Under the pieces are notes generated by a model. It was not told the DNA's origin. It was given only the letters and a program-made list of their open reading frames with translations, and ran no database searches. The translations under genes were made by a program, and so were the position numbers. 64,000 bases of DNA, taken from NCBI GenBank assembly GCA_009930475.1, contig RZYC01000007.1, forward strand, positions 6,188 through 70,187. Reading direction: 5' to 3'. Positions within the stretch are counted from its first letter, which is position 1, and each line of letters opens with the position of its first letter. Shown here in pieces: positions 19,835 to 30,572 of the stretch. This DNA is from Spartobacteria bacterium. GTDB taxonomy: Bacteria; Verrucomicrobiota; Kiritimatiellia; RZYC01.

Positions 19835-20419
19835 ATGAGCACAGCAAAAAAGAACAAAAACAGCAGCCACAAACAAGATGTGACAGACGAAACCATGGAT
19901 ATACCAAAGGGTGAAGACGCAGCAGGCGCGACCTCGGAACAGCCGAGTGAAGGAACCCCTGAAACACATGCTCAGGAGCAGCTGGAAACAAGACTGCTTC
20001 GACTACAGGCTGATTTTGATAACTACCGCAAGCGGATCGTCAAAGAAAAGGCAGAATGGAATCTGCGGGCCGTGGAAGATGTACTCGTAGAATTGCTCCC
20101 TGTCATTGATCATTTCGAAATGGGGTTAAATGCTGCATCGGCCGATGAAAACACAGAGGCACTGCTCACAGGATTCCGCCTGGTATATGACCAGCTATGC
20201 ACTGCAACCAAACGGTTTGGACTGACTCCAATGGATGCAGTGGGTAAAGAATTTGATCCCCACAGTATGGATGCGGTCACATATATCCCATCGGATTCTG
20301 TTCCAGCCGAGCAGGTGATAGAGCAATTACGACGCGGCTATTTACTGGGTGAGCGGCTCATTCGTCCGGCACAGGTGGTGGTGTCCAGCGGAATGACTGC
20401 TACGGATATAGAGGCTTAA
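19835..20419 (+). CDS. grpE: Nucleotide exchange factor GrpE
   Basis: [50 protein letters not shown]. Confidence 0.95.
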   Translation: MSTAKKNKNSSHKQDVTDETMDIPKGEDAAGATSEQPSEGTPETHAQEQLETRLLRLQADFDNYRKRIVKEKAEWNLRAVEDVLVELLPVIDHFEMGLNAASADENTEALLTGFRLVYDQLCTATKRFGLTPMDAVGKEFDPHSMDAVTYIPSDSVPAEQVIEQLRRGYLLGERLIRPAQVVVSSGMTATDIEA

Positions 20420-20421
20420 TC

Positions 20422-21621
20422 ATGGCAAATACACAGGACTACTATGAAGTACTGGGCGCAAGCCGCACAGCCACTGCCGAAGAACTGAAAAAGGCTTATC
20501 GCAAACTGGCTGTGAAGTATCACCCGGATAAAAATCCCGGCGATAAAGCTTCGGAAGAAAAATTTAAGGAAATCACAGAGGCCTATGAGATCCTGAGTGA
20601 TCCAGCAAAACGCCAGCAGTACGATCAGTACGGACATGCCGCCTTCAGTGGCGGGCGCGGCGGTTTTTCGTCTTCATCCATGCACAACATTGATCTGGAA
20701 GAAGCCTTGCGCACCTTCATGGGTGCCTTTGGAGGCGGCGGAGGCGGCGGCAGTATTTTTGACGACTTCTTTGGCGGCCGGGGTCAGCGGGGCGGCGGAC
20801 AGGGAGGCGCAACTCGCGGGGCGGATATGCGGCTTGATCTGGAACTGGATTTTGAAGAAGCCGTACTCGGAACGCAGAAAGAAGTGACGTATACCGCTAT
20901 GCGCGACTGCACGGACTGCCATGGTGAAGGAACAGCACCAGGAACAAAAAAGGAGTCATGCCGTCATTGTGGTGGTTCCGGCATGGTTACCTCGTCCAAC
21001 GGTTTTCTCCGTTTTCAGCAGTCCTGTCCGGTGTGTCATGGCAAAGGCGAAATGATTACCCAGCCCTGTCAAACATGCAGAGGAACGGGACGAATCAAAG
21101 AACGGCGTAAATTATCTCTGGCCATTCCGGCCGGAGTAGAAACGGGTTCACGGCTGCGTGTCGCAGGCAAAGGCGAGGGCGGAACACAAGGCGGTTCGGC
21201 GGGTGATTTGTATGTAGCCATCCATGTACACGCGCATCCTTTCTTTAAACGGCTTGATGACGATGTTTTCTGTGAGCTGCCCATTCCTTTTGATGTAGCT
21301 ATACAGGGCGGCAGTGTTCGCGTTCCTACGATTCATGGCTATGCCAGCCTGAAGATTAGTTCCGGAACAGAGAACGGCGCGGTCATGCGATTGAAAGGAA
21401 AAGGCATTAACAATGTGAGTACACGGCATAAAGGCGATCATCATGTGCGCCTGATTATTGCGGTTCCCTCGCATTTAGGCATGGGTCAACGGAAAAAACT
21501 GCGCGAGTTTGTCGATGCGATTGATGAATCCAACTATAGTGGAATCACAAAATTCTATAAGGATGCCGATGAATTTTACGCACGCAAAGAAGTACTCGAA
21601 TCAACACCCGCGGAGGGATAG
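20422..21621 (+). CDS. dnaJ: Chaperone DnaJ
   Basis: J domain with HPD, G/F region, four CxxCxGxG repeats ([32 protein letters not shown]). Confidence 0.97.
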   Translation: MANTQDYYEVLGASRTATAEELKKAYRKLAVKYHPDKNPGDKASEEKFKEITEAYEILSDPAKRQQYDQYGHAAFSGGRGGFSSSSMHNIDLEEALRTFMGAFGGGGGGGSIFDDFFGGRGQRGGGQGGATRGADMRLDLELDFEEAVLGTQKEVTYTAMRDCTDCHGEGTAPGTKKESCRHCGGSGMVTSSNGFLRFQQSCPVCHGKGEMITQPCQTCRGTGRIKERRKLSLAIPAGVETGSRLRVAGKGEGGTQGGSAGDLYVAIHVHAHPFFKRLDDDVFCELPIPFDVAIQGGSVRVPTIHGYASLKISSGTENGAVMRLKGKGINNVSTRHKGDHHVRLIIAVPSHLGMGQRKKLREFVDAIDESNYSGITKFYKDADEFYARKEVLESTPAEG

Positions 21622-21636
21622 CTCTCGGAGCATCGC

Positions 21637-22398
21637 ATGAGTCAGTGCTGTTATGCGCCGCCCGAACTATGGGTAGATGACACGGTAACCCTGCCCGCAG
21701 ATGAGGCGCATCACATCAGCAGAGTCCTGCGGGCGGCGGCAGGCGATTCGCTGCTTATAACAGATGGGTGCGGAATTCAGGCCGTGGGACACATCACGCA
21801 ATGCCGAAAAGGCCATGTTGTGCTGTCGGTTTCCGAGTGCCGTTCCGTCCCTGCATTCATGCCGGAGCTTCATTTGATTCAACCGCTGATTCGCACACAG
21901 CGAATGGATTGGATTATTCAAAAGGCAGTGGAACTGGGTATCCAGCATATCCATCCGGTACGATCTGATCATGCCGTTGTACACCTTAACAACGTTCAGG
22001 CAGAAAAAAAAGCGGAGCATTGGGCCGGCATCGCCATTGCGGCCATGAAACAGAGCAATCAGGTCTGGTTACCCCAGATTCATGCGGTTGATTCGGTCTG
22101 CAATACAATTGACGCCTTTGATGGCACGCTATTATATGGTGACCTGTCTTCTTCTGCGCAACCGCTATCAACGGTTCTTCCATCATTGCACAACAACATC
22201 TCGCAGCGGGCAGGATTGCTACTGGGACCGGAAGGCGACTTTTCCCCCCGCGAACGAGCCTGTTTTGCATCAAAAAACACAATGATTCCGGTATCGCTGG
22301 GAGAGCAGGTCTTCAGAGCGGAAACCGCCTCGATTTACCTCATGTGTCTCACACATTATGCGTTGCGGGCACATTCAGAACGGGACAACGTATTATGA
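21637..22398 (+). CDS. rsmE: 16S rRNA (uracil1498-N3)-methyltransferase
   Basis: EAHHISRVLR, IIQKAVELG, AMKQS, LLGPEGDFS, SLGEQVFRAETA. Confidence 0.92.
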   Translation: MSQCCYAPPELWVDDTVTLPADEAHHISRVLRAAAGDSLLITDGCGIQAVGHITQCRKGHVVLSVSECRSVPAFMPELHLIQPLIRTQRMDWIIQKAVELGIQHIHPVRSDHAVVHLNNVQAEKKAEHWAGIAIAAMKQSNQVWLPQIHAVDSVCNTIDAFDGTLLYGDLSSSAQPLSTVLPSLHNNISQRAGLLLGPEGDFSPRERACFASKNTMIPVSLGEQVFRAETASIYLMCLTHYALRAHSERDNVL

Positions 22399-23429
22399 CG
22401 CTTCAAACGGCCGACTTTGATTATCATCTGCCCGAAGAACTTATCGCTCAACATCCCTGCGCTGAACGCGATGCCTCACGGCTTCTGGTATTGCACGGAA
22501 AACAAAAACAGATGGAGCACACCCATTTTCATCACATCGCGGATTATTTGCAGCCAGGTGACTGTCTTGTACTCAACGACACCCGAGTCATTCCTGCGCG
22601 TCTGTACGGACACAAACAAACGGGCGGTCATGTAGAATTTCTTCTTACCGAACAAATAGCGCCCAACGAGTGGCACGGAATAATGAAAACGTCGCGACGC
22701 CCCCCACCGGGCACGTTGATCGACCTGGAGCAGGATGCCAAAGCAGAAATTATTCAGTACCTAGACTCCGGCAATGTTCATATTTGTATTCATTCGCACA
22801 TGGACATGGAAACCCTGCTAAACCGCATTGGTATTATGCCGCTGCCCCCCTATATCCGCCGTCCGCAACAGGAAGAAGCGGATAAAGAACGTTATCAGAC
22901 CGTCTACAGCAAAACACCGGGTGCCGTGGCGGCACCCACTGCCGGACTGCACTTCACCCCGGCCATTTTCGATGCACTGGAAGCCAAAGGCGTGAAGAAA
23001 ACCTTTGTGACGCTGCATGTAGGCATCGGAACCTTTCGTCCCGTCAAAGCCGCATCACTGCAAGATCACACCATGCACGAAGAACGCTTTGAAATCAACG
23101 AAGAGGCGGCGCAGGCCATTCGGGAAACACAACAGAACGGCGGTCGCATTGTCGCCGTCGGCAGTACCTCGGTCAGAACTCTTGAAACCGTCATGCAGCA
23201 GCATGGCCGCATCACAGCCTGTCGCGGCCGATCATCCATTTTTATTTATCCCCCTCATACCTTTCAATGCGTCGACGCGCTAATTACAAACTTTCATTTA
23301 CCCTGCTCCACCCTGTTAATGATGATCGCCGCCTTTGCCGGCCATGATTTCGTCATGCAGGCCTATGCGGAAGCCGTCAGGGAGCGCTATCGTTTCTTCA
23401 GTTACGGGGACTGCATGTTCATCGACTGA
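22395..23429 (+). CDS. queA: S-adenosylmethionine:tRNA ribosyltransferase-isomerase
   Basis: DFDYHLPEELIAQHP, VLNDTRVIPARL, PLPPYI, YQTVY, GAVAAPTAGLHF, LHVGIGTF, TNFHLP, FFSYGDCM; start ATG 22395 overlaps the rsmE stop. Confidence 0.96.
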   Translation: MTLQTADFDYHLPEELIAQHPCAERDASRLLVLHGKQKQMEHTHFHHIADYLQPGDCLVLNDTRVIPARLYGHKQTGGHVEFLLTEQIAPNEWHGIMKTSRRPPPGTLIDLEQDAKAEIIQYLDSGNVHICIHSHMDMETLLNRIGIMPLPPYIRRPQQEEADKERYQTVYSKTPGAVAAPTAGLHFTPAIFDALEAKGVKKTFVTLHVGIGTFRPVKAASLQDHTMHEERFEINEEAAQAIRETQQNGGRIVAVGSTSVRTLETVMQQHGRITACRGRSSIFIYPPHTFQCVDALITNFHLPCSTLLMMIAAFAGHDFVMQAYAEAVRERYRFFSYGDCMFID

Positions 23430-23481
23430 GCGCGCTCCGACCGGGTGAAATGATTACACGAACGGCATTACAATCTTTTCA

Positions 23482-25359
23482 ATGGCATGCATCCTGTTTA
23501 ATATGCATCCTATGAATGACGAGTGCAGAAATAAAAATATTATCATTGCAGGAGCAACCAGTGCCATTGCCATGGCGCTCGCCAATGAACTGTTTAAGCG
23601 GGGAGCCTGCCTATTCCTCGCCGGGCGCAATCCTGAAAAAATGGAGCAGCTGCGACAAATGCTCGTTCAGGCGGACGAAAAGGAGTCATCAACGACAGTT
23701 CCTTCCTTTGTAGAAATCGACCTGACCGACGACGACAGCGGATGCGGCACCTTTTTTTCGTCTCTAGAACCGTCCCACGCCCCCATCGATGCCCTCTTTT
23801 ATATGGCGGCCGCACCGGTCTCGGGAGACAATGCCGCAACCATCTCGCATGCAGAGAGCTCTGAAAACTTCTCCGTCGATGCCGTCGCCTTGCAGGACTG
23901 GATTCGCGAAACGATCCCTCATATGAAACGGGGTAGCCGAATCATCGTCGCATCATCCGGGGCTGGACATAACGGCTTTGCCGGCATGCCGGCCTATTGC
24001 GGAGCTAAATTTGCTGTTGAAGGCATCATTCAGGCAGCAGCAGCTGATATGTGGCGGGAAAATATATGGATCAGCAGCATCGCCCTTCCCTCTGTGAAAA
24101 CCGAGTTTAGCCGCCCCCATTTTCCCGCTGAGGTATATGAACAGTTTCCCGAGCCCGACGAAGTCATCAGTCCCTTTATTGCGTTGCTGAAAGAGGAGCA
24201 TAATGCATTCAGCGGAAGATCTGTATTCACCCATGAACACTGGTTGAAAAACGATTTTGCGACCCTTCCGCCACTGAGCAAATATCGAACGATGCAGCCG
24301 GCATTGTATCCCCCTGTTCGTCGCGATCTGCTCGCACAGGGATACACAGATAATGTATCCAAAGTGGATCTAGGTGAAGCACCATTCCCGCCCTCTCCAA
24401 AAGTCACCGATGCGGTAACCCGATGGATGCAGTCACCACATGCACAGGAATATCCCGACCCGCAGTGCCGTGATCTAAAAGAGGAACTGGCTAAACGCCA
24501 CAATCTGACACCCGAACATGTACTGGTCGGGCCGAGCTCATCGGCGGTGCTTGACTGGTTGCTGGATCAATGCGTCGGTTCCGGTGGCGAAGCCATTGCC
24601 GGATCTTTCTGTTTCCGAGTCTGGAGCTGGATGGCTCAAACACGCGGTATTAAACTGGTTCGGTATGAGAATGCTGCCGCTCAACATGATTTAATGCAGA
24701 TTGCTGCAAGATTATCCCCTCAAACGCGAATGATCTATATCGATTCGCCAAGCAATCCCATGGGCGATGTCATCATCGAAGCGCAATGGCGCTGGTTCCT
24801 GCAGCGGGTGCCGAAACACATATGGATCGTCATAGATCATGCCTATCAGGATTTTGTGGTCGACACACAAGGAGTGAACACCACGACTCCCGAATGGCTT
24901 CAGGATCCACGCATCCTCAGTGTGCGCACCCTGTCAAAAAGCCACGGACTGGCCGCATGGCGCATGGGTTACCTGGCGGCGCATCCCAAAACAATCCAAT
25001 TAATATCTGGCGGAATCATCCCGTTTTCATTACCCACACCCGTACAGATTGCCGCGCTGGCCGCATTGCAGGATACCGATTACAGCAGCCACATGCTTCA
25101 GCACTATATCTCTGAACGTCAAAGAATGCGTGAGCAGATGGATCGGCTGGGTATTCGCTACTGGACCGGCGAAACCAGTTTCAATGCCATCTACTGGCCT
25201 GGTATTTCAGCTTTTTACGACAAAGCAAAACAGGCCGATATTGCCATACCGCACCCTGATAACGACGCGTTCTTTATCACGGCTATCCGTGATACGAATA
25301 CCAATGATTGTATCATGGATTTTCTTACCCAACATTATCCGAAGGAACTGCGAGTATAA
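23482..25359 (+). CDS. Fusion of a short-chain dehydrogenase/reductase and a HisC-like PLP aminotransferase (class I/II)
   Basis: N-half: IIIAGATSAIAMALA, SSGAG, YCGAK (YxxxK); C-half: YPDP, YIDSPSNPMG, IDHAY, RTLSKSHGLAAWRMGY (PLP Lys). Confidence 0.85.
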   Translation: MACILFNMHPMNDECRNKNIIIAGATSAIAMALANELFKRGACLFLAGRNPEKMEQLRQMLVQADEKESSTTVPSFVEIDLTDDDSGCGTFFSSLEPSHAPIDALFYMAAAPVSGDNAATISHAESSENFSVDAVALQDWIRETIPHMKRGSRIIVASSGAGHNGFAGMPAYCGAKFAVEGIIQAAAADMWRENIWISSIALPSVKTEFSRPHFPAEVYEQFPEPDEVISPFIALLKEEHNAFSGRSVFTHEHWLKNDFATLPPLSKYRTMQPALYPPVRRDLLAQGYTDNVSKVDLGEAPFPPSPKVTDAVTRWMQSPHAQEYPDPQCRDLKEELAKRHNLTPEHVLVGPSSSAVLDWLLDQCVGSGGEAIAGSFCFRVWSWMAQTRGIKLVRYENAAAQHDLMQIAARLSPQTRMIYIDSPSNPMGDVIIEAQWRWFLQRVPKHIWIVIDHAYQDFVVDTQGVNTTTPEWLQDPRILSVRTLSKSHGLAAWRMGYLAAHPKTIQLISGGIIPFSLPTPVQIAALAALQDTDYSSHMLQHYISERQRMREQMDRLGIRYWTGETSFNAIYWPGISAFYDKAKQADIAIPHPDNDAFFITAIRDTNTNDCIMDFLTQHYPKELRV

Positions 25360-25397
25360 AAATCGGGGTTACGGCAACCGCAACCCCGAACAAAAAA
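25357..25397 (-). terminator. Intrinsic terminator (probably bidirectional) between convergent operons
   Basis: TCGGGGTT-A-CGG-CAA-CCG-C-AACCCCGA hairpin (25363-25389) flanked by A-runs; gives a U-tract on the minus strand. Confidence 0.65.
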
Positions 25398-25411
25398 GAC
25401 GGTCCGCTCTT

Positions 25412-26842
25412 TCAGAGCTGTTTCATATTTTCTTTGCCCCAGGCATAGCCAGCATCAAAAACCGCGCGGTTCATGGGAATAAGCTTTGGCTTTTTGGCGA
25501 ACCCTTCATCCAACGCCGACTGGAAAACCTCTTTAGCGATACCCGTTTTTTCACTGGCTGCAATCACACCCAGTAAATACGTATTGGCGGCTTTGACCGT
25601 ACCCATTTCCTGTGCCTTTTTACTGGCAGGAACGAAATAACAGTTAATCCCTTCGGGTGTATCAAATGCGCCGACAACGTCGTCTGCAATCACCAGTCCA
25701 CCTTTGGGCACTTCACCGAGGAAACGCTCTAAAGAAGGCCGGTTCATCGCCACCAAAATGTCAGGATGATATACCACTGGCGATCCCACTTCCGTGCCGG
25801 ACATCACCACGCCGCAGTTCGCTGTTCCGCCACGCTGCTCCGGTCCGTAAGAAGGATACCACGAAACAAAACGACGATCTTTACATGCGGCCTGCGCCAC
25901 AGTCGTCCCGAGACTCAAGACACCCTGTCCCCCAAAACCGGCAACTTTAATCTGAACGGATTTGAATTCGGTATCGATCATCGGCGCTTTCGTCGTATTT
26001 GTTTTCAACGAAAAGAGTTCTTCGATTTTTTCCAGATCAAAGATGCTGTCTTCACGTGTGATGGATACGGCCTCGGCCGTGGAATCACGGAAATTCCCCA
26101 GCGGAAATTCTTTTTCCATCTGCTCATTGATGAAAACAGTACTGGCCGCCGTATCCTGACGGAGATTGGTCGGACAGTTGGACAGCACTTCCACAAACGC
26201 ATACCCTTTACCGTCACGCTGAATTTCCAGTGCCTTTCGTATCGCCTTGCGAGCCTGCCGAATATGCTTGATGTCAGAAACGGATACCCGCTCAATAAAT
26301 ACAGGCGATTTCAGCTGATTCAGCATTTCGCACATATGCATCGGATATCCGGCAGTCGACGGATCTCGCCCTGACGGACACGTCGCGGTCACTTCGCCAA
26401 CAAGCGTTGTCGGTGCCATCTGGCCGCCCGTCATGCCGTACACGGTGTTGTTAACGAAAAATACCGCCAGTTTTTCTCCGCGATTCGCCGCTTGAATCGT
26501 TTCATTCAATCCGATCGACGCCAAGTCCCCGTCGCCCTGATAAAGACAGACCACAGCGTCCTTTCGGGCCCGTGACACGCCGGTACCCACCGCAGGCGCA
26601 CGTCCATGCGCTACCTGAATGTTCCCGCAATCAAAGTAGTAGTAGGAAAATACCGCACATCCCACGGGACTGATCATCACCGCTCGCTCCTGAATACCCA
26701 GATCAGATAACGCCTCGCCTATCAGTTTATGCAATACACCGTGTCCACATCCCGGACAGTAATGCGTTGCGGTCACGGCGGCACCGCCTTTGCGGGGAAA
26801 TGATTCGTACAGGCCTTTTGTTTCGATAATTTTTTCGCTCAT
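25412..26842 (-). CDS. vorA: 2-oxoacid:ferredoxin oxidoreductase, fused beta (TPP) + gamma subunit (VorA-like)
   Basis: [17 protein letters not shown]...NN (TPP), CPT; gamma part [20 protein letters not shown]. Confidence 0.85.
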   Translation of the reverse strand: MSEKIIETKGLYESFPRKGGAAVTATHYCPGCGHGVLHKLIGEALSDLGIQERAVMISPVGCAVFSYYYFDCGNIQVAHGRAPAVGTGVSRARKDAVVCLYQGDGDLASIGLNETIQAANRGEKLAVFFVNNTVYGMTGGQMAPTTLVGEVTATCPSGRDPSTAGYPMHMCEMLNQLKSPVFIERVSVSDIKHIRQARKAIRKALEIQRDGKGYAFVEVLSNCPTNLRQDTAASTVFINEQMEKEFPLGNFRDSTAEAVSITREDSIFDLEKIEELFSLKTNTTKAPMIDTEFKSVQIKVAGFGGQGVLSLGTTVAQAACKDRRFVSWYPSYGPEQRGGTANCGVVMSGTEVGSPVVYHPDILVAMNRPSLERFLGEVPKGGLVIADDVVGAFDTPEGINCYFVPASKKAQEMGTVKAANTYLLGVIAASEKTGIAKEVFQSALDEGFAKKPKLIPMNRAVFDAGYAWGKENMKQL

Positions 26843-26844
26843 GT

Positions 26845-27888
26845 TCAACCTCTGATTCCTTCCATTATCTGATCCAGCGTTATGAGGTTGCCCCCGATTC
26901 GGCTGACCAGATCCACCGGTTTACGACATTCGATGGCTAATTTCACGTCATCACGCATCTGCCCGTTGCTCATCTCAACGCTGATAAAGCGCTGGGCATG
27001 GCAGTCGCATAACGCAGCCAGTTCCTTTTTCGGGAAAGGAAACAATGTCCTGGGGCGGAATAATCCAACTTTCAAGCCTTCGGCACGTGCTTCATCCACG
27101 GCAGATCGCGCAATACGACTGCTGATACCATAGGCGACCAGTACCGTTTCAGCGTCGTCGGTATAATACGTCTCATACGCGACTTCATTGGCTTCAATCA
27201 GCGCATATTTCTCCTGCAAACGATTATTGAAGGCTTCCTGCATATCAAAATCAAGAAAGATGGACGTCACCAGATTTTTCTGTGTTTCGGCTTCGCCGCT
27301 CACAGCCCAGGATTTATCCAGTTCCGGCGTAACGGCTTTTTCAGGAAAGCTCAGCGGCTCAATCATCTGCCCCAGCACTCCATCGGCCAATACAAACACC
27401 GGATTCCGGTATTTGAAGGCTAAATCAAACGCCTGCATCGTCATATCACACATTTCCTGAATGGAATTCGGTGCCAGTACAATCAGCTTATAGTTGCCAT
27501 GACCACCGCCTTTGACCACTTGATTGTAGTCGCCCTGCTCCGGACCAATATTACCAAGCCCTGGACCAGCACGCATAATATCAGCGATCACACAAGGCAG
27601 CTCGGCCCCTGCCAAATAGGAAATACCTTCCTGCTTGAGACTGATCCCCGGACCCGATGACGCCGTCATGACACGATGACCAGCCGATGCAGCTCCAAAG
27701 ACCATATTAATGGCGGCTTCCTCTGATTCCGCCTGAACAAATTTACGACCTAGCGGCGGAAATAATTTGGATGCCTCCTGTAAAATTTCACTGGCCGGTG
27801 TGATAGGATAGCCAAAGTAGCAATCACATCCCGCAAAAATCGCTCCCACGACCACCGCAGAATTCCCCTTGATAAGTTGCGTTGCCAT
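26845..27888 (-). CDS. vorB: 2-oxoacid:ferredoxin oxidoreductase alpha subunit (VorB-like)
   Basis: [45 protein letters not shown]. Confidence 0.88.
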   Translation of the reverse strand: MATQLIKGNSAVVVGAIFAGCDCYFGYPITPASEILQEASKLFPPLGRKFVQAESEEAAINMVFGAASAGHRVMTASSGPGISLKQEGISYLAGAELPCVIADIMRAGPGLGNIGPEQGDYNQVVKGGGHGNYKLIVLAPNSIQEMCDMTMQAFDLAFKYRNPVFVLADGVLGQMIEPLSFPEKAVTPELDKSWAVSGEAETQKNLVTSIFLDFDMQEAFNNRLQEKYALIEANEVAYETYYTDDAETVLVAYGISSRIARSAVDEARAEGLKVGLFRPRTLFPFPKKELAALCDCHAQRFISVEMSNGQMRDDVKLAIECRKPVDLVSRIGGNLITLDQIMEGIRG

Positions 27889-27890
27889 AC

Positions 27891-28139
27891 TCAGTTCTCT
27901 CCCGTTTTTTCTTTTCTAACAATATGCACACGAATCGCATGAGGTTCCGGGCAGGAATAGAAACAATTGGCGCAGCCGGTGCAGCCTTCGCCCTTATAAA
28001 TTACATAGGGGTAACCACGCTCGTTCAGCGTCGTTCCCATTTCCAATACATTGACCGGACATGCCGCCACGCAACGCCCGCAGGCCTTGCATTCTAAGGC
28101 GATGATTTCCGGCCTTGTTTTCTTATCTGATTCAGACAT
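27891..28139 (-). CDS. 2x[4Fe-4S] ferredoxin subunit (VorC/delta-like)
   Basis: [12 protein letters not shown] and [12 protein letters not shown]. Confidence 0.9.
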   Translation of the reverse strand: MSESDKKTRPEIIALECKACGRCVAACPVNVLEMGTTLNERGYPYVIYKGEGCTGCANCFYSCPEPHAIRVHIVRKEKTGEN

Positions 28140-28154
28140 ATGTGTCTCCCTTGT

Positions 28155-29828
28155 TTAATCTTCTGCCTTATCCTTATCCCGGATTTCGACGCGGCGAATT
28201 TTCCCGCTGATCGTCTTGGGCAGTTCCTCTACAAATTCAATAATTCGGGGATATTTATAGGGCGCTGTAACCGATTTGACATGCTGTTGCAACGTTACTT
28301 TTAACTCTTCACCCGCTTCATACCCCGCACTGAGGACAATCGTCGCCTTCACCGCCGTACCGCGTACAGGGTCAGGCACACCGGTTATAGCACATTCCGT
28401 GACAGCCGGATGCTCCATCAGGGCACTTTCTACTTCAAAAGGTCCGATTTTATATCCAGCACTTTTGATAATGTCGTCATCGCGACCGACAAACCATAAA
28501 TAGCCGTCTTCATCGCCCCAGGCCATATCGCCTGTATGGTAATAGCCATCCGTCCAGACCTGGCTGGTTTTTTCCTCATCCAGATAATAACCAACAAACA
28601 TGCCCGGCTGGGTACCCAGATCCGTGTGCAGAACAAGCTCACCCTCTTCCCCTGCTTCACATGCGCCACCATCCATATTCATCAGTTCCAAAAACAGACC
28701 CGGTGTCGGTTTGCCCATGGAACCTGGCTTGGGCTCCAGCCATGGCCATGTGGCCGCCGTTACCATCAGCTCTGTCTGCCCATACCCTTCCATCAACCGT
28801 AACCCCGTCTGATCATAGAACCGATTATACACCTCAGGATTCAACGGTTCGCCGGCAGTCACCGCATATTTCAATGACGACAAATCGTATTCATTCAAAT
28901 CCTTTTTGATCAGCAGACGGTAAACCGTAGGTGGCGCACAAAAAGTCGTAATACGAAACTCTTCACACTTCCGCAACGTGACGCCCGCATCAAACTTTTC
29001 ATAGTCATGCACAAAAACAGCACTGCCACAAATCCACTGACCATAAATCTTGCCCCAGACAGCTTTGGCCCAGCCCGAATCAGCGACCGTATAATGCAAC
29101 CCGTTATCCTGCACGCACTGCCAATACCCTGCCGTCAAGATGTGTCCCAGAGGATAAGTATAGGTATGCACCACCATTTTGGGAAACCCCGTCGTTCCAG
29201 AAGAAAAATACAACAGCAGCATATCATCATTGCTAATCGCTTCGTTTCCGAACGGACGTTCATATACATCGTGGGCATCGTCCGCCAGCTGATCGATATC
29301 AGCCCATCCATCGGGCGCATTCCCGTCCACTACCGCCTTGATCTGCAAACAATCGCCTGTCTCCCGCTGTGCTTCATCGATATACTGCAACAAATGTGGC
29401 TCATTGACAGAAATGACCGCTCGGATATTAGCTTTTTCAAAGCGATACGTCATATCCGGAACCGTCAGCATATGCGTGGCAGGCACCGCCACAGCGCCAA
29501 TACGATGCAGTGCCAGTAAAATTGGCCAAAACTGAAAACGTCCCTTCAATGTCAACATCACAAAATCGCCCTTGCGAATACCCAGCGACCGCAATGCATT
29601 CGCCATTTTCATGCTGCTTCGTGACAATTCCGCAAACGTAGCATTTTTGACATCGCCGTAATCATTACACCAAACCAGGGCACGTTTATCCGGATCATGC
29701 CTAGCATACACGTCCACGACGTCGTAAGAAAAGTTAAAATGATCAGGTACCTTAATATGAAAGCGTTCTACAAATTCTTCATAGGAAGAAAACTGACTCT
29801 GCGTTACAAATCGGTCTAATAAATTCAT
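28155..29828 (-). CDS. AMP-forming short/branched-chain acyl-CoA synthetase
   Basis: YFSSGTTGFPKMV, AGEPLNPE, EGYGQTE, YHTGD, GRDDDIIKSAGYKIGPFEVES, LPKTISGKI. Confidence 0.92.
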   Translation of the reverse strand: MNLLDRFVTQSQFSSYEEFVERFHIKVPDHFNFSYDVVDVYARHDPDKRALVWCNDYGDVKNATFAELSRSSMKMANALRSLGIRKGDFVMLTLKGRFQFWPILLALHRIGAVAVPATHMLTVPDMTYRFEKANIRAVISVNEPHLLQYIDEAQRETGDCLQIKAVVDGNAPDGWADIDQLADDAHDVYERPFGNEAISNDDMLLLYFSSGTTGFPKMVVHTYTYPLGHILTAGYWQCVQDNGLHYTVADSGWAKAVWGKIYGQWICGSAVFVHDYEKFDAGVTLRKCEEFRITTFCAPPTVYRLLIKKDLNEYDLSSLKYAVTAGEPLNPEVYNRFYDQTGLRLMEGYGQTELMVTAATWPWLEPKPGSMGKPTPGLFLELMNMDGGACEAGEEGELVLHTDLGTQPGMFVGYYLDEEKTSQVWTDGYYHTGDMAWGDEDGYLWFVGRDDDIIKSAGYKIGPFEVESALMEHPAVTECAITGVPDPVRGTAVKATIVLSAGYEAGEELKVTLQQHVKSVTAPYKYPRIIEFVEELPKTISGKIRRVEIRDKDKAED

Positions 29829-29859
29829 CGTACTGGAGTTCCTTTCACGCGCGCGTTAA

Positions 29860-30408
29860 CTATAAAATGATTGCCAAAAAGGTAGCCGAACAACCATCCA
29901 TAGCGGCCATGGAATGGTCATTGCCTGAATCAAAATAGATCGAATCACCGGCTTCAAGAATGATTTCATGCCCGCCGATTACCACCTGCACCCGACCGCT
30001 CAAGACGTAATTAAATTCCTGCCCCTGATGCGTATTCGTTTTCGGCCGTTCATCCTTGGGTTCAACCGTAACGATAAATGGCTCCATCCGAGCATGTGCA
30101 AAATTCGCAGCCAGACTTTCATATTTATAGGCAGCCCGCCGTTGAACACTGGTTCCCTTGCCCTTGCGCGTCACGGAGTACATCTTCATGCGAGGTTCTT
30201 CCCCCGTTAAAAAAATACTCATATCCACCTTCAAGACAGAGGCAATGGCATACAATACACTGGCAGGAATATCCTTTACGCCATCTTCATACGCCTGATA
30301 TTCATCCACTGAAACGCCAATGCTCCCAGCCAAATAATCAATAGATATGTCAGATACATCACGCATTTCACGCACGCGCGACGCAATCTCCCGTATAACC
30401 TGCTGCAT
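29860..30408 (-). CDS. XRE-family HTH + cupin transcriptional regulator
   Basis: N-terminal HTH (VREMR...YEDGVKDIP), C-terminal cupin HQGQEFNYVLSG...GDSIYFDS..H. Confidence 0.92.
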   Translation of the reverse strand: MQQVIREIASRVREMRDVSDISIDYLAGSIGVSVDEYQAYEDGVKDIPASVLYAIASVLKVDMSIFLTGEEPRMKMYSVTRKGKGTSVQRRAAYKYESLAANFAHARMEPFIVTVEPKDERPKTNTHQGQEFNYVLSGRVQVVIGGHEIILEAGDSIYFDSGNDHSMAAMDGCSATFLAIIL

Positions 30409-30506
30409 AATTCACCATCCTGTTCATGTGTGCCCATACTCAACTTACATAAGGATATATAGTGCCGAAACACGGCAACCAAAGCAACCCATTTCTCGCT
30501 CAATAC

Positions 30507-30572
30507 ATAATAGAACAGTCTTACTATATGTTTTTTCTTGACCTTTATCACTGGATTGCGCATCGTGCAGAC
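30507..30572 (+). promoter_or_regulatory. Putative leaderless promoter of RAYT copy 3 with upstream 21-bp box
   Basis: ATAATAGAACAGTCTTACTAT (30507-27), N9, C, TTGACC (30538-43), N17, CATCGT (30561-66), N6, ATG 30573. Confidence 0.65.

Noticed and set aside
30462-30572. N-terminal extension of RAYT copy 3 in the ORF track (and 15362-15397 for copy 2)
   Set aside because: Homology to the other copies and the conserved promoter geometry place the starts at 30573 and 15361.
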